DNA of 64,000 nucleotides from Nostoc sp. (GTDB lineage Bacteria > Cyanobacteriota > Cyanobacteriia > Cyanobacteriales > Nostocaceae). Shown here one piece after another: positions 43,071-53,058 of the stretch. The position numbers were made by a program, and so were the translations under genes. Positions within the stretch are counted from its first letter, which is position 1, and every line of letters begins with the position of its first letter. The notes beneath the pieces are model-generated. The model was given only the letters and a program-made list of their open reading frames with translations. It had not been told where the DNA came from and did no database searches. The stretch lies in NCBI GenBank assembly GCA_036918135.1, contig JBALDB010000028.1, positions 192,001 to 256,000 on the forward strand. The letters run 5' to 3'.

Positions 43071-43213
43071 TAAATCAGGTTTTGAAGTTGTAAATCAAGT
43101 TTTGGAGTTCTAAATCAAGTTTTGGAGTTCTAAATCAAGTTTTGGAGTTGTAAATCAGGTTTTGGAGTTGTAAATCAGGTTTTGGAGTTGTAAATCAGGT
43201 TTTGGAGTTGTAA
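43071..43213. repeat. 20-bp tandem array x7
   Basis: TAAATCA(A/G)GTTTTG(G/A)AGTT(G/C), exact period 20. Confidence 0.95.
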
Positions 43214-43479
43214 TATCAATTCTCTTAAAATATTGCAACAAATCAATCTCTGCGTCTTTGTGTCCCCGCGTCATCATCTTTAGCCGTCTTTTGGAGAACT
43301 GGTATAAACCTGTGATTCTCAACAAATTTCAGCAAATCCACCTAAATTTATTCTATCCACTAACTCCAATATTCAAAAAGTTATGTAGTTTCTCTACAGT
43401 TGGTGCATCCATTAATACTATTTCTTTGTCAGGCTGCACTAATTTTTTGATTTTCCTTATTTTTAAACAATTTTTTAGT

Positions 43480-44874
43480 TTATTTTCCTATACAAAATTT
43501 GCTGAATATTCTATCTAAAACTGATTCTGTAACTTCTTCTCCAGTAATTTCTCCTAGCGCTTGAATTGCACCTCGTAAATCAATTGTCCAAAAATCAAGA
43601 GGTAACTGCTGCTCAATAGTTGCTTGTACTTGTTCCAAAGAAATTTTAGCTTGAGTTAAAGCTGCTGCTTGCCTTTGATTAATGGCTAAATCCATATCAG
43701 CAGCTTGGACTTTTCCAGTTTGAATTATTTCTAAAATCGCTGTTTCTAAAGCATCAATTCCTTGATTTTGTGACGCCGAGGTGAGAATTTTAAATTTCAC
43801 ATCTGGGATTTGGGATTGAAGAGTTTTTCTTTGGTTTTCTTCTACTAAGTCGATTTTATTAATTACTAAAATTAAAGGACGGTGCTGCACTTGTTCGTAA
43901 ATTTCTTCATCGCCTTGAGTCCACCCAGCCGAAGCGTCAATAGTAAGCAAAACTAAATCAGCTGCATTTGCCGCACGGCGCGATCGCTCGACGCCAATTT
44001 TTTCTACTTGGTCTGTTGTTTCCCGAATCCCCGCAGTATCTAGCACTTGCACGGGAATTCCGCCCACAACTAACTGGGATTCCACCACATCGCGGGTTGT
44101 ACCGGGTAAGTCTGTGACGATCGCGCGATCGCTCCGGCTCCAAGCGTTCAATAAACTCGATTTACCCACATTCGGACGCCCAACAATTGCCACTTTTAAA
44201 CCAGTGCGTAACAACTCACCTTTGTCTTTGGTTGCCAACAACTGAGAAATTTCTGCGGCAATTTTCTCAATTTCTGATACGATCCCCTTATCATCCAGCG
44301 GAGTCAAGTCTTCTTCAAAATCGATTCGAGCTTCGATTTCTGCCAAAATATCCAAACAGTTAGCGCGTAACTGGCGGATCGGATGAGCTAATTTTCCCTG
44401 CAAACCAGCTAAAGCAGTTTGGGCAGCTTGGGGGGATTTAGCTCCCACCAAATCGGCAATCCCTTCGGCTTGAGTTAAATCCAACCGCCCATTCAAAAAG
44501 GCACGGAGAGTAAATTCTCCGGGTTGAGCTAATCTTGCACCGCTTTCCAAACACAGTTGCAATACTTGCTGCACTGCCATAATTCCCCCGTGGCAATGGA
44601 ATTCCACCACATCTTCACGGGTGTAAGAACGAGGTGCTTTCATAATTAACAACAAAGCTTCATCTATAAGTTGTTGCGTCTGGGGATGGCGAATATAACC
44701 GTAGAGAATCCGGTGAGTTTGCCAAACTTGTCGCCCTGGCGTGTGAAACAAAGTTTGGGCAATAGACATCGCTTGGTCACCGGACACCCGCACAATGCCA
44801 ACACTACCTTGTTGGGGGACAACAGCAGTGGCGATCGCGGCTATAGTTCCGCTAGTGGCAAAGAATTCGGACAT
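43480..44874 (-). CDS. mnmE: tRNA uridine-34 modification GTPase MnmE/TrmE
   Basis: [29 protein letters not shown], terminal FCIGK. Confidence 0.98.
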   Translation of the reverse strand: MSEFFATSGTIAAIATAVVPQQGSVGIVRVSGDQAMSIAQTLFHTPGRQVWQTHRILYGYIRHPQTQQLIDEALLLIMKAPRSYTREDVVEFHCHGGIMAVQQVLQLCLESGARLAQPGEFTLRAFLNGRLDLTQAEGIADLVGAKSPQAAQTALAGLQGKLAHPIRQLRANCLDILAEIEARIDFEEDLTPLDDKGIVSEIEKIAAEISQLLATKDKGELLRTGLKVAIVGRPNVGKSSLLNAWSRSDRAIVTDLPGTTRDVVESQLVVGGIPVQVLDTAGIRETTDQVEKIGVERSRRAANAADLVLLTIDASAGWTQGDEEIYEQVQHRPLILVINKIDLVEENQRKTLQSQIPDVKFKILTSASQNQGIDALETAILEIIQTGKVQAADMDLAINQRQAAALTQAKISLEQVQATIEQQLPLDFWTIDLRGAIQALGEITGEEVTESVLDRIFSKFCIGK

Positions 44875-45074
44875 AAGCGCTTTTTATCAGGGTGGAAAGT
44901 TAGGAGTGAGGAGTAAAAATCATAACTCATAACTGCTAACTTTCTAAATAGTAAGTATTTAGACCCTTGGCATGGCAACGGGCAAGGTAAAATTTATCTA
45001 GAAGCTAATGTTTGAGAGTTAAAAAGTTAGGAGTTGAAATTATAACTCATAACTTTTAAAGAGAGGAATTCACT

Positions 45075-45275
45075 GTGGAACAAAAAATTAACTGTGCTGT
45101 AGCCTGCGTCAACGGCTGCGTTTTAGGGGATAAATGCCCCAATCTTGAATTTAGAGAAGCAGCTGCCAAATTTGTTGAAGACACTTCTTTAGATCAAATG
45201 TTGGAAATGGCTGAAGAACGTCTGCGAAGAAAAATGATGGAACCACCAAAATGGGTTTTTCCTGAAGATCTTTAG
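45075..45275 (+). CDS. Small Cys-rich hypothetical protein
   Basis: CAVACVNGCVLGDKCPN; GAGAGG RBS before GTG. Confidence 0.7.
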   Translation: MEQKINCAVACVNGCVLGDKCPNLEFREAAAKFVEDTSLDQMLEMAEERLRRKMMEPPKWVFPEDL

Positions 45276-45409
45276 CGTTTAGCATTGATATTAATCAGCA
45301 TTTTAGCATTTTTCCGGCAATTAAAATTGCTCTTTAGTTCTACATTTCCTGATTAAAAATACAGGAGTTTGAACTTTCCATTTTATTTAATAGTTCTTCA
45401 TCTGCTAAC

Positions 45410-45446
45410 AAAAAACTGGAAAAGTAATCAAAACTACTTTTCCAGA
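45410..45446 (-). terminator. Terminator closing the leftward arm of the biosynthetic cluster
   Basis: CTGGAAAAGTA...TACTTTTCCAG hairpin with a T-run on the minus strand, about 50 nt past the cysC stop. Confidence 0.65.
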
Positions 45447-45494
45447 TACTTGATTGAGCTGTTAGTTATAGCAGGAGGCACACTTCGGCAGAAT

Positions 45495-46070
45495 TCAGGA
45501 GGAGCTAGAAAAAGAAATTAAAGCTTCCCTTTCACTATGCACATAACCAAAACGTTTCAACTGAGTCCATACCTTTGTCACACTTTCTGTAATTGTTTCA
45601 CAATCAGTTTGACATTCTACTTCTGGGTTTAGTGGTGGTTCGTAGGAATCGTCAATACCTGTAAAGCCCTTAATTTCTCCTACTCGTGCTTTCTTGTATA
45701 ATCCTTTAACATCCCGTTTCTCACAAACCGACAAAGGGGCGTTAACATAGACTTCCACGAAATCTTTAATTTGCTGTCGTACTTCGTCTCGAATCTCTCG
45801 GTATGGTGATATAGCAGAAACAATAACAATCACATCATTACGAGTTAGTAGATTTGCCACAAAACCAATACGACGGATATTTTCCTCACGATCTTCTTTG
45901 CTAAAACCCAAATCTTTAGTTAAATTTTGGCGCACTATATCGCCGTCAAGCAGTTCTACTTTGTATTTTTGCTTTCGCAGATCCTTCTCTAAGAATTGGG
46001 CAATAGTAGTCTTACCTGCACCGCTTAAGCCAGTAAACCAAATTGTCACACCACGCTGTTCTGAAACCAT
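45495..46070 (-). CDS. cysC: Adenylyl-sulfate (APS) kinase
   Basis: IWFTGLSGAGKTT, LDGD, ENIRRIG, SAISPY, RDVKGLY, FTGID. Confidence 0.96.
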   Translation of the reverse strand: MVSEQRGVTIWFTGLSGAGKTTIAQFLEKDLRKQKYKVELLDGDIVRQNLTKDLGFSKEDREENIRRIGFVANLLTRNDVIVIVSAISPYREIRDEVRQQIKDFVEVYVNAPLSVCEKRDVKGLYKKARVGEIKGFTGIDDSYEPPLNPEVECQTDCETITESVTKVWTQLKRFGYVHSEREALISFSSSS

Positions 46071-46103
46071 TTAAGCGCCTATATCTACATTAGAACTAAC
46101 TAC

Positions 46104-46841
46104 TTAGACAATTTTGACAAATTTCTCAGCTTTGAAAAACTGAGATGTCTGTTGATGAATTTTATTTTTCTGCATTACTAAGGGGAAAAACTCTTGAAGG
46201 ATTTTCCTGAATTCATTTTCACATCCAAAGTATGGATTAATCCTGGTATTTCTCACAAATTTGCGGATATAAACGTTGTGATGAAGACATCTGGGCTTAA
46301 CCGTTTCATCTAAATCAAAATCTGCATCATCATAAATGACAATCATCAGCTGAAACGTTACTTTTTTCCTTTCTAGTAATTGAGTCAATCGGTCAACAGA
46401 GTTCCAAAAAAAAGTTGCTTCCTTATATAGTCTCGCGTGTCGATTTTGAAATACATTTATAAAAAATACATTTTTACTTGAGATCAGATTCATAAATCGT
46501 TTAGCCCGTCTTTCAAAGGCTAGAATCTGATTCGCTTCGCTATTCTCCAAGCGATCGCCGTAATTACTACTATTCCTGAGAAGATCGTGATGCCAGAACT
46601 TCACATTTGGAAAGCATCCAGAAACCACTATGCCCTCGTGGTTATACTCTAGATTAGAGAGGAAATACTTAAAATTAGTATCGATTAATTCCACAGCATA
46701 ATCGATAGACAGGTATGATGGAGACAGGAGCCAGTCAAACGGTAGAGATTGCGTTCTTAACCCGAACACCTCTAAATAATGAGCAGGAATACAATTGTGA
46801 CATAAAGAAATTGGATAGTAGCTCGTTATATTGTCTTCCAC
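46104..46841 (-). CDS. DUF1796-family putative papain-like cysteine peptidase
   Basis: ISLCHNCIPAHYL..GLRTQSLPFDWL, FWHHD, FERRAKRF. Confidence 0.7.
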   Translation of the reverse strand: MEDNITSYYPISLCHNCIPAHYLEVFGLRTQSLPFDWLLSPSYLSIDYAVELIDTNFKYFLSNLEYNHEGIVVSGCFPNVKFWHHDLLRNSSNYGDRLENSEANQILAFERRAKRFMNLISSKNVFFINVFQNRHARLYKEATFFWNSVDRLTQLLERKKVTFQLMIVIYDDADFDLDETVKPRCLHHNVYIRKFVRNTRINPYFGCENEFRKILQEFFPLVMQKNKIHQQTSQFFKAEKFVKIV

Positions 46842-46850
46842 GTTCCCAAC

Positions 46851-48002
46851 CTAGTTAACACTGTTAGCTGGCACAATTAGCGGTTCCGTAATCATCTTAG
46901 AGCAGTACGTTTCTACATAGTTAGTAATATACGTAGGTAAACTAGCTCTAGCCTGCATAAGGTTTAAGTGCAATTTTTCCAGAATATCAAACGAATAACC
47001 AGAATCAGCCCATTTTTCATAGGAAATGCCAAATCCCAGATATTCCCACAAAAGCCCATTGTTGTTTTCATAGTCACCGTAAGGGGCAAGCCACACCAGT
47101 GGAGTTGCCGCAGAGAGAGAATCAACAAGAGTCCCACCACCGGGTTTGCTAATAATTCCTCGACTTTGCCGAATCAAGCTGTAAACTTCAGGATATGGCT
47201 GACTGTTTTGAAACACAATGTTGCTATTATCCTTAACTTCACCGAACGGTGGAAACTGGTGATACCCTTGTACATCCTTCTCCCACGGTTTCCATGTTGG
47301 ATCGATCAGAAAGTATCGGCTATGCTCCGTTTTTTCTATATCTTGCTGTTCGTAAGCAACCACATCCAGCTTGATTCCCTTATGCACTAACTCTGGAACC
47401 TTACTTTTATATGTCCCAACTCCCCACCCTCCACCGTGAATCACAAAGCGGTTAGAGCGTTGATTGTAGGGTATAGGTTCATCGTCTGAAACACAGAAAT
47501 TGTACGATAAGCACTTGTCCTCCCAGTTAAAGAACCAAATATGGCGAAACGTCGAATGCGTCGCATCGTACATTTTCCACGAGGTAGAAGCAGATGCATC
47601 CATGTGACAGAGATCGACGGCGATGTCTTGATAATCAGTTTCCTGAAGATATCGGTTGGCAATAGGCAGCCAAAATCCCGAAAAAATCATAAATCGTTTG
47701 CGTCTTTGGTGCTTCCAGGTCGCCAATAAATTAGACGTTAGCTCGAAATCGAGGCTGGGTGTAATGTCTTTAGCTAGTTTCTGAGCCATCAAGGCAAGTG
47801 AAAAATTCCGATGAAAGGCGAACTTCGTTTCAGGAACGTTATTTCTCTTGTTCTCAAGCAGGATATTTTCTAGAACAACGACATCACAAGCAATCCCTCT
47901 TTTGCTTAGTTGACGACTAGCAATCAATGCAGGAATGTATGCACCCAATGAAGCACCTGAGCATAGTATTGTTATGGTTTCTTGTCTCATTTCTCTCAAC
48001 AT
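46851..48002 (-). CDS. Putative GT-B fold glycosyltransferase
   Basis: CSGASLGAYIPA N-terminal loop; VIHGGGWG; IISKPGGGTLVDSL...PLV, a MurG/MGD-like nucleotide-sugar motif. Confidence 0.65.
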   Translation of the reverse strand: MLREMRQETITILCSGASLGAYIPALIASRQLSKRGIACDVVVLENILLENKRNNVPETKFAFHRNFSLALMAQKLAKDITPSLDFELTSNLLATWKHQRRKRFMIFSGFWLPIANRYLQETDYQDIAVDLCHMDASASTSWKMYDATHSTFRHIWFFNWEDKCLSYNFCVSDDEPIPYNQRSNRFVIHGGGWGVGTYKSKVPELVHKGIKLDVVAYEQQDIEKTEHSRYFLIDPTWKPWEKDVQGYHQFPPFGEVKDNSNIVFQNSQPYPEVYSLIRQSRGIISKPGGGTLVDSLSAATPLVWLAPYGDYENNNGLLWEYLGFGISYEKWADSGYSFDILEKLHLNLMQARASLPTYITNYVETYCSKMITEPLIVPANSVN

Positions 48003-48103
48003 TGACCGATCGGGAAGAGGCAGAAGGCAGAAGGCAGGAGGAAAGAGGATTATAGCCTACTTTGCTTTTATCAACATAGTTTGATTTTTTCTACTCGTTT
48101 TAC

Positions 48104-49468
48104 TTAATTAAATCTTTGAATATCAAGGTCGGCAAAAATATTGTTCATTCTGTTGAGAATTTGTTCTCTCTCCTCATCATTATTAGATACTATAGACCCA
48201 TAAAGTCTACCCTTATAGGTTTTTCTCTGATTCGCACTAGCTTTGTATAGCTGCCAATTCACATTCAAGGTGTTCGATGCCAGCGGTAGAATACCGCTTG
48301 GTTTATCTTTGAGAAATAGAATTTCGGCTTGCTGCATTCGTTGAAGAATCTCAGAAAACGCTACATGACGTGAAAGACCGAGCGAAAAGAATATTAGACT
48401 ACTCTGAGTAGAAAATTGGGCAAGGAAACGATCGATATAGTGGTTGATAAATCCCATTGACTTCCTAGCATTAATTTCCACCACAGGCACGATTTTTCCT
48501 GATTGCAGAAGCATTGAATCAAGGCAAACAGGGCCTAAATATCCCACTCGATGCAACTCGGTGGCGATCGCCTCAACTTGTTCAAAATATCCCGATCTGT
48601 CCAGAAACTCTTGAAACGACGACTCAGCCGTTTGGATCCCAGAAAAGGCAAAGCCAGAATTTTGCATCTTTTGAATAGATAAAATTTTAGTTTCGCCTGT
48701 GGCATCTATCTCAAGTTGACAAGAAAAATCGGTCTGCTTATTTAGCAACGGTTCCAGCAAAAATCTTGTGTGTTTACCCTCACGCTCCTGTTTTGAGATA
48801 TACGTCACAATTCGCTGCAAGATTTGTTTTGAAGAAATTAGCAGATTTCCCTTCCCGGAGACTCCAAATTCATCCTTAATAAGGAATGGAGAGGACTGAA
48901 GAAAACGCTGACCGACTGCATCTAAATCACTGGCACAATAGACAATCTCGCCTACGGTATCTGGAAACAGATGTTTCGCTAGTTGATGGGAGAATAACTT
49001 GGAATTGACCTTCTTGACAATTTCAAGATCTAAGTCTGGACATTGAAGACCATATTGCTGGCACAGTTTTTTAGTAAAAGGTTCTATTGAGTAAGGCGAA
49101 AGCGTTGATAGAGGAGTTAGTAAGTCTTGGTAGTAACCATCGTTTCCAGCGTCAAGAAGCAGTTCGCAAATACCTTTATGCGATCGCTTCTCTTCCCCTG
49201 ACGTGAGTTCGATTAAAGGAAACTGATTGTGAGAAAAACAAAAGCCTAGTTCCCACAAATAATCTTTATAGGAATTATCTATAGGTAGGCGTGTAATCAG
49301 CACGTCATGAGTCGAATCACAAAAGACAAATTGTAGCTCGTCCATGACACTGACGATTTCATCAGCTTGTGGATCTGCGATCGCTGGTAACGACGAAATG
49401 TCTGCCTCTCTCCAGAATTGCTCTGCATTAAAGCTTCCTAAATATAAACAAGGGCTACCAATTCCCAT
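48104..49468 (-). CDS. ATP-grasp ligase
   Basis: VNSK, FLIKDEFGVSGKG, LLEP, GYLGPVCLD, VEINARKS. Confidence 0.85.
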   Translation of the reverse strand: MGIGSPCLYLGSFNAEQFWREADISSLPAIADPQADEIVSVMDELQFVFCDSTHDVLITRLPIDNSYKDYLWELGFCFSHNQFPLIELTSGEEKRSHKGICELLLDAGNDGYYQDLLTPLSTLSPYSIEPFTKKLCQQYGLQCPDLDLEIVKKVNSKLFSHQLAKHLFPDTVGEIVYCASDLDAVGQRFLQSSPFLIKDEFGVSGKGNLLISSKQILQRIVTYISKQEREGKHTRFLLEPLLNKQTDFSCQLEIDATGETKILSIQKMQNSGFAFSGIQTAESSFQEFLDRSGYFEQVEAIATELHRVGYLGPVCLDSMLLQSGKIVPVVEINARKSMGFINHYIDRFLAQFSTQSSLIFFSLGLSRHVAFSEILQRMQQAEILFLKDKPSGILPLASNTLNVNWQLYKASANQRKTYKGRLYGSIVSNNDEEREQILNRMNNIFADLDIQRFN

Positions 49469-49487
49469 TTAAGCCTCTTTGCTCAAG

Positions 49488-49724
49488 CTATTTTTGCTTT
49501 GAGAGAAAATCACATAAGCTACCAACGGACATCAGATTAGAAAAGTCGAGATTATCAAAATCAATTTGAATATCCAACTCTTCTTCAAGCTTTAACATAA
49601 ACGTGACCATTTGTAGAGAGTCCAGACCAATATCATTGATGATATCCGTATCATCCGATAAGGTCATCACTGCTACTGGAGTGTCCTTAACTTCACTGAG
49701 AACTTTCTTAATCGTTTCTTGCAT
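49488..49724 (-). CDS. Stand-alone acyl/aminoacyl carrier protein
   Basis: 78 aa, acidic; IGLDSL phosphopantetheine serine; LEEELDIQID. Confidence 0.9.
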   Translation of the reverse strand: MQETIKKVLSEVKDTPVAVMTLSDDTDIINDIGLDSLQMVTFMLKLEEELDIQIDFDNLDFSNLMSVGSLCDFLSKQK

Positions 49725-49830
49725 AAATTCCTTACCTTTCGTTAGTTTGTCAATTTCAAGCTTTATTAATTTTTACTAGTCACTCACTCTGTCTCAGAGT
49801 AATAGAATCTCAGACTGATTTACCCTACGC

Positions 49831-50043
49831 CTAGAAAGATAGTTGTGTTGCATGAAACAACATCTTTGCCATAGATAATTTGTTTGTTAAATTAGCCTCC
49901 AGAAATGCTCTCTCTTGTTCTGTCAGTGTAAATTTGTTTAGATAAGCTGTATGTAGTTGGCTCAACAATATCTCACAACGTGCTCGGCTGATATACATAC
50001 CCATATTGAACGTGGGCAGTATGACAGATACTAACGTCTTCAA
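49831..50043 (-). pseudogene. Internally deleted paralog of the GT2 at 53059-54015
   Basis: KTLVSVILPTFNMGMYISRA is fused in frame to RCEILLSQLHTAYLNKF, the N- and C-termini of the intact GT2. Confidence 0.9.
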
Positions 50044-50558
50044 TTTGGAATTTTTATTTGCTGTGTTGATTAACTGTAAAAATCCGATTTGATTTTTAAA
50101 AGTTGTTTTGAGAATGAATTGCACCAAACATAGAGTAGCTTACCGTAGGATAAACAACAAGCTAGTCAGGAAAAGAGATACACAGAGAATTTCACAAATC
50201 AAATAGGATAGCTATTACAGAACACTAGTAAAAACACAATTCACTTGTCAAGCCTTTTTAAGAATTATATTTTCTCAATAACAGAAATATAATATTAAGC
50301 TTTGTTAAAAAAGTAGGAAAAGTAGGAGCAATCTGGAAATTTAATCAAACAATCAAAAGATTTATGTATGCTACACATTAACATTTGGATTAATACTTGT
50401 TTAAAAATCTTATCAATGGTTCGACTACGATTGCTTTGGTTAATAAAATGTAATTATTTTGTAGTCAATATCCTGTATCCTATTTTGCGATCGCACCTGG
50501 GGAATGTAAGCTCTAACCTATTTTCAAAATCTTCTATTCACATCAAAAAGCTCCAAAT
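49982..50558. repeat. Duplicate of 53953-54525 (GT2 5' end plus the whole divergent intergenic region)
   Basis: Near-identical sequence at offset about 3972, ending at CAAAAAGCTCCAAAT. Confidence 0.92.
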
Positions 50559-50561
50559 ATT

Positions 50562-51749
50562 TCAATTAACTGAATTGGCAAGAGAACTCATTCTAGTACA
50601 CCTTAGACAGTTGTACGGATGAGATGCACATAATTTTTCTCTGGTAATTGCACTAGCATTTACAAACTCTTCTAAAACTGTTACCCACGAATCAGAGATG
50701 GAACGGTCTTTAGCAAAAGCGAGGATGGGAGCATATTCACTTAAAAGATTGCTGTTCAAAACCCTGGCGATCTCTTGGTCAGTAACATCATTTTCAAAGC
50801 ATGGCGGTAAATCAAGTCCCAAGACTCGAAAAGTTAAAATCGCTTGAACGCATTTTTCGCAATATCCACAGTTACGATCTTTTTGTTCCCCTTGCCAACA
50901 GACTCTCAGAGTTTGTAAAGCTTCTGGCCAATCGGCAATCTGAATGAGTTTAGCTGGACGGGAAAATGCTCCACCATCATGGATGATTGAGAAAGTCCTG
51001 CTAGATAGTAAGGGATCTGTTAAAGGATTTGAACCCCATCCCCAAGATAAATCGATCGCATGGTAAGGGTCAGAACTAGGTATTAGCCCAATTGAATAGC
51101 CACCCTGCAATAGCATTAGACAAGACGCTACAGCTGCTCCATGAGCATCCTGCCAATCTTGCTGGAAATTGCGAAAGTTAGTTGCCATAGGAATAAGTTC
51201 TAAACCCAGGCTGGTGAGAGCCAACCGGGATTTCTGCATTGCTCTATCAAATAATTCTGGCCTAGAGAGGGGAATGTCGAACCCATGAACCATCAACCCT
51301 GCTTGTAGAGGACGCTGGCTTCTGCCACACTTTCCCTGGCTATGACGAAATGCAGTAAAGCAGCTATCTAACCCACCTGAAAAAGCCGAAATTGCCTGTT
51401 CCAGCTTGTTATCAACGGAATGTTCTTGCTCAATATCTGCGGTAATTTCAACCTGCTGGTAACGCTTTGGTTGCCAGCATGACCATACTGCCTGAAACTC
51501 TTGCAAATTTTGCAATAAAGAGGGAGAAACCTCACCATGAACCAGTATGTCAGTGCCTTGGCTCATAGCCGGAAAAATTGTAGCCGCAACAAATGGGTCG
51601 CAGCTTTTAGTAAGCAGAGAACTGTACTTTGCTTGTACCCGATACCACAAAAGATTTCTTTGTCGATCTGGAGTTTCGATAGTCACCCCAACTGTGACTG
51701 TGCCATTGTCTTCAACGACTTGCTCTTGCCAAAGATGAGTGCGAGTCAT
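50562..51749 (-). CDS. PP-loop (adenine nucleotide alpha-hydrolase-like) protein with Cys cluster
   Basis: AFSGGLDS; LRVCW...NCGYCEKC; GSNPLTDPLLSS. Confidence 0.7.
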   Translation of the reverse strand: MTRTHLWQEQVVEDNGTVTVGVTIETPDRQRNLLWYRVQAKYSSLLTKSCDPFVAATIFPAMSQGTDILVHGEVSPSLLQNLQEFQAVWSCWQPKRYQQVEITADIEQEHSVDNKLEQAISAFSGGLDSCFTAFRHSQGKCGRSQRPLQAGLMVHGFDIPLSRPELFDRAMQKSRLALTSLGLELIPMATNFRNFQQDWQDAHGAAVASCLMLLQGGYSIGLIPSSDPYHAIDLSWGWGSNPLTDPLLSSRTFSIIHDGGAFSRPAKLIQIADWPEALQTLRVCWQGEQKDRNCGYCEKCVQAILTFRVLGLDLPPCFENDVTDQEIARVLNSNLLSEYAPILAFAKDRSISDSWVTVLEEFVNASAITREKLCASHPYNCLRCTRMSSLANSVN

Positions 51750-51883
51750 GACTGATTTACCTATTTTTATTTTTTATCCGCAGTGAATTTTTTTAAAGTT
51801 TAGTATACAGGTAATAAGCAGCATTGAGTTTTTTATGAGGATATTTTATTCAGGAGGAATATGGTGTTAAATATATCTAACTT

Positions 51884-52996
51884 TTAACTTTGGCAGTAAT
51901 TTTCCATTAATTCACGGGCGACAGGCAAGATTTCTGATGAGTTTTTAACAAACCTACAAAAGGGAACTTGATGAGTCCAAGTTTCATAAAATGACTCATT
52001 TTTATGATAAGAGTTAGCTAAAAAAATGTGAGGAATATTCAAAAGTACACAAAGAATATGGCCATGTAAGCGATTAGTAATAATCATTCTATGTTGCTTA
52101 AATTGATATATTCCACAGTGGATCATCCCCAAAGCAGTGCGATGCATATTAGGATTATATAAACTATTAAGTTTTACTGAGTGTAAATCGAACGTTTGCT
52201 GTAGCTGTTGCAATATCCACTTCATCAAATCAGCTGATTTTATTTGCGTATCTTCAGGTCTAAGTTGCAAATTATTCAGTGCTGATTCACAGAATTCCCA
52301 ATAATTAAAATGAAAGCAAATCCAATCGTCTGTAAATACATTAGGCAAGGTAAATATAGGAGCAGATGAAAAATCTTTATTTAACTCTGCATCATGTCGG
52401 CGGTGATATAAAATAGAAGTATTTTTTTTCAGATCGTGAGTCTTTAAATATAGCGTATTAGCTAATTGAAAAGCCATATCAGTTGTTTTTAATACTTGAC
52501 AGTTACTAAAGTGCTTTAGAGCAATTTCATAGCTAGTTTGTTCGCGGATAAATAAAGTTAAATTAGGATGAGAATTAAAAATATTAGCAGCACGTTCTAA
52601 ATTTTCTGCATTAGTAAAGTAAATACTTTGTGGCATAATTATGATAGGTCGGTCTTGATATTGAGAAATAATATACTCTCGAAATTTTTGATGATTACTC
52701 CACAAATCTCCTAAGTTGCCTCCACCTGTAAGAAGGATGGGAGCTTTACCAACCTGTTTTTCCATTTCTTCAGCAGAAAAATCTAAGATACCACTAGTAT
52801 ATTTAATTTTTGTTTTGTAGGTATCAGTCAAGTAGAAGATTCCACCTAACCAAACTAAGTGATCGCCAATATTGCGCTCATCAGGATAATCTAGTAGAGC
52901 GCACTCGTCAAATCGGCCTATTTCAGCTAAATCTTGATGTAAAGTTTCTTTGAGATTCTCGGCAACCGAATTATTTTTCATTTTTATAGTTACCAT
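51884..52996 (-). CDS. Polysaccharide pyruvyl transferase family
   Basis: NIGDH, LTGGGNLGDLW, PQSI, IRE..SY, DMAF, TNRLHGHI. Confidence 0.9.
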   Translation of the reverse strand: MVTIKMKNNSVAENLKETLHQDLAEIGRFDECALLDYPDERNIGDHLVWLGGIFYLTDTYKTKIKYTSGILDFSAEEMEKQVGKAPILLTGGGNLGDLWSNHQKFREYIISQYQDRPIIIMPQSIYFTNAENLERAANIFNSHPNLTLFIREQTSYEIALKHFSNCQVLKTTDMAFQLANTLYLKTHDLKKNTSILYHRRHDAELNKDFSSAPIFTLPNVFTDDWICFHFNYWEFCESALNNLQLRPEDTQIKSADLMKWILQQLQQTFDLHSVKLNSLYNPNMHRTALGMIHCGIYQFKQHRMIITNRLHGHILCVLLNIPHIFLANSYHKNESFYETWTHQVPFCRFVKNSSEILPVARELMENYCQS

Positions 52997-53058
52997 CTTA
53001 CTTTATTGGCATTTATAAAAGTACAATATAAATACTGCGATAGCATTTTTAAATACGG

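Noticed and set aside
43480..45494. mnmE as integration site for the cluster
   Set aside because: No integrase or att-like direct repeats, and the cluster lies on the 5' side of mnmE.
46851..50580. Two cluster proteins both end in ANSVN
   Set aside because: Codons differ and there is no further similarity; probably coincidence.
50368..50622. Paired ORFs MLHINIWINTC... (also 54340-54552)
   Set aside because: Their similarity just reflects the DNA duplication; they run into neighbouring genes and have no motif.
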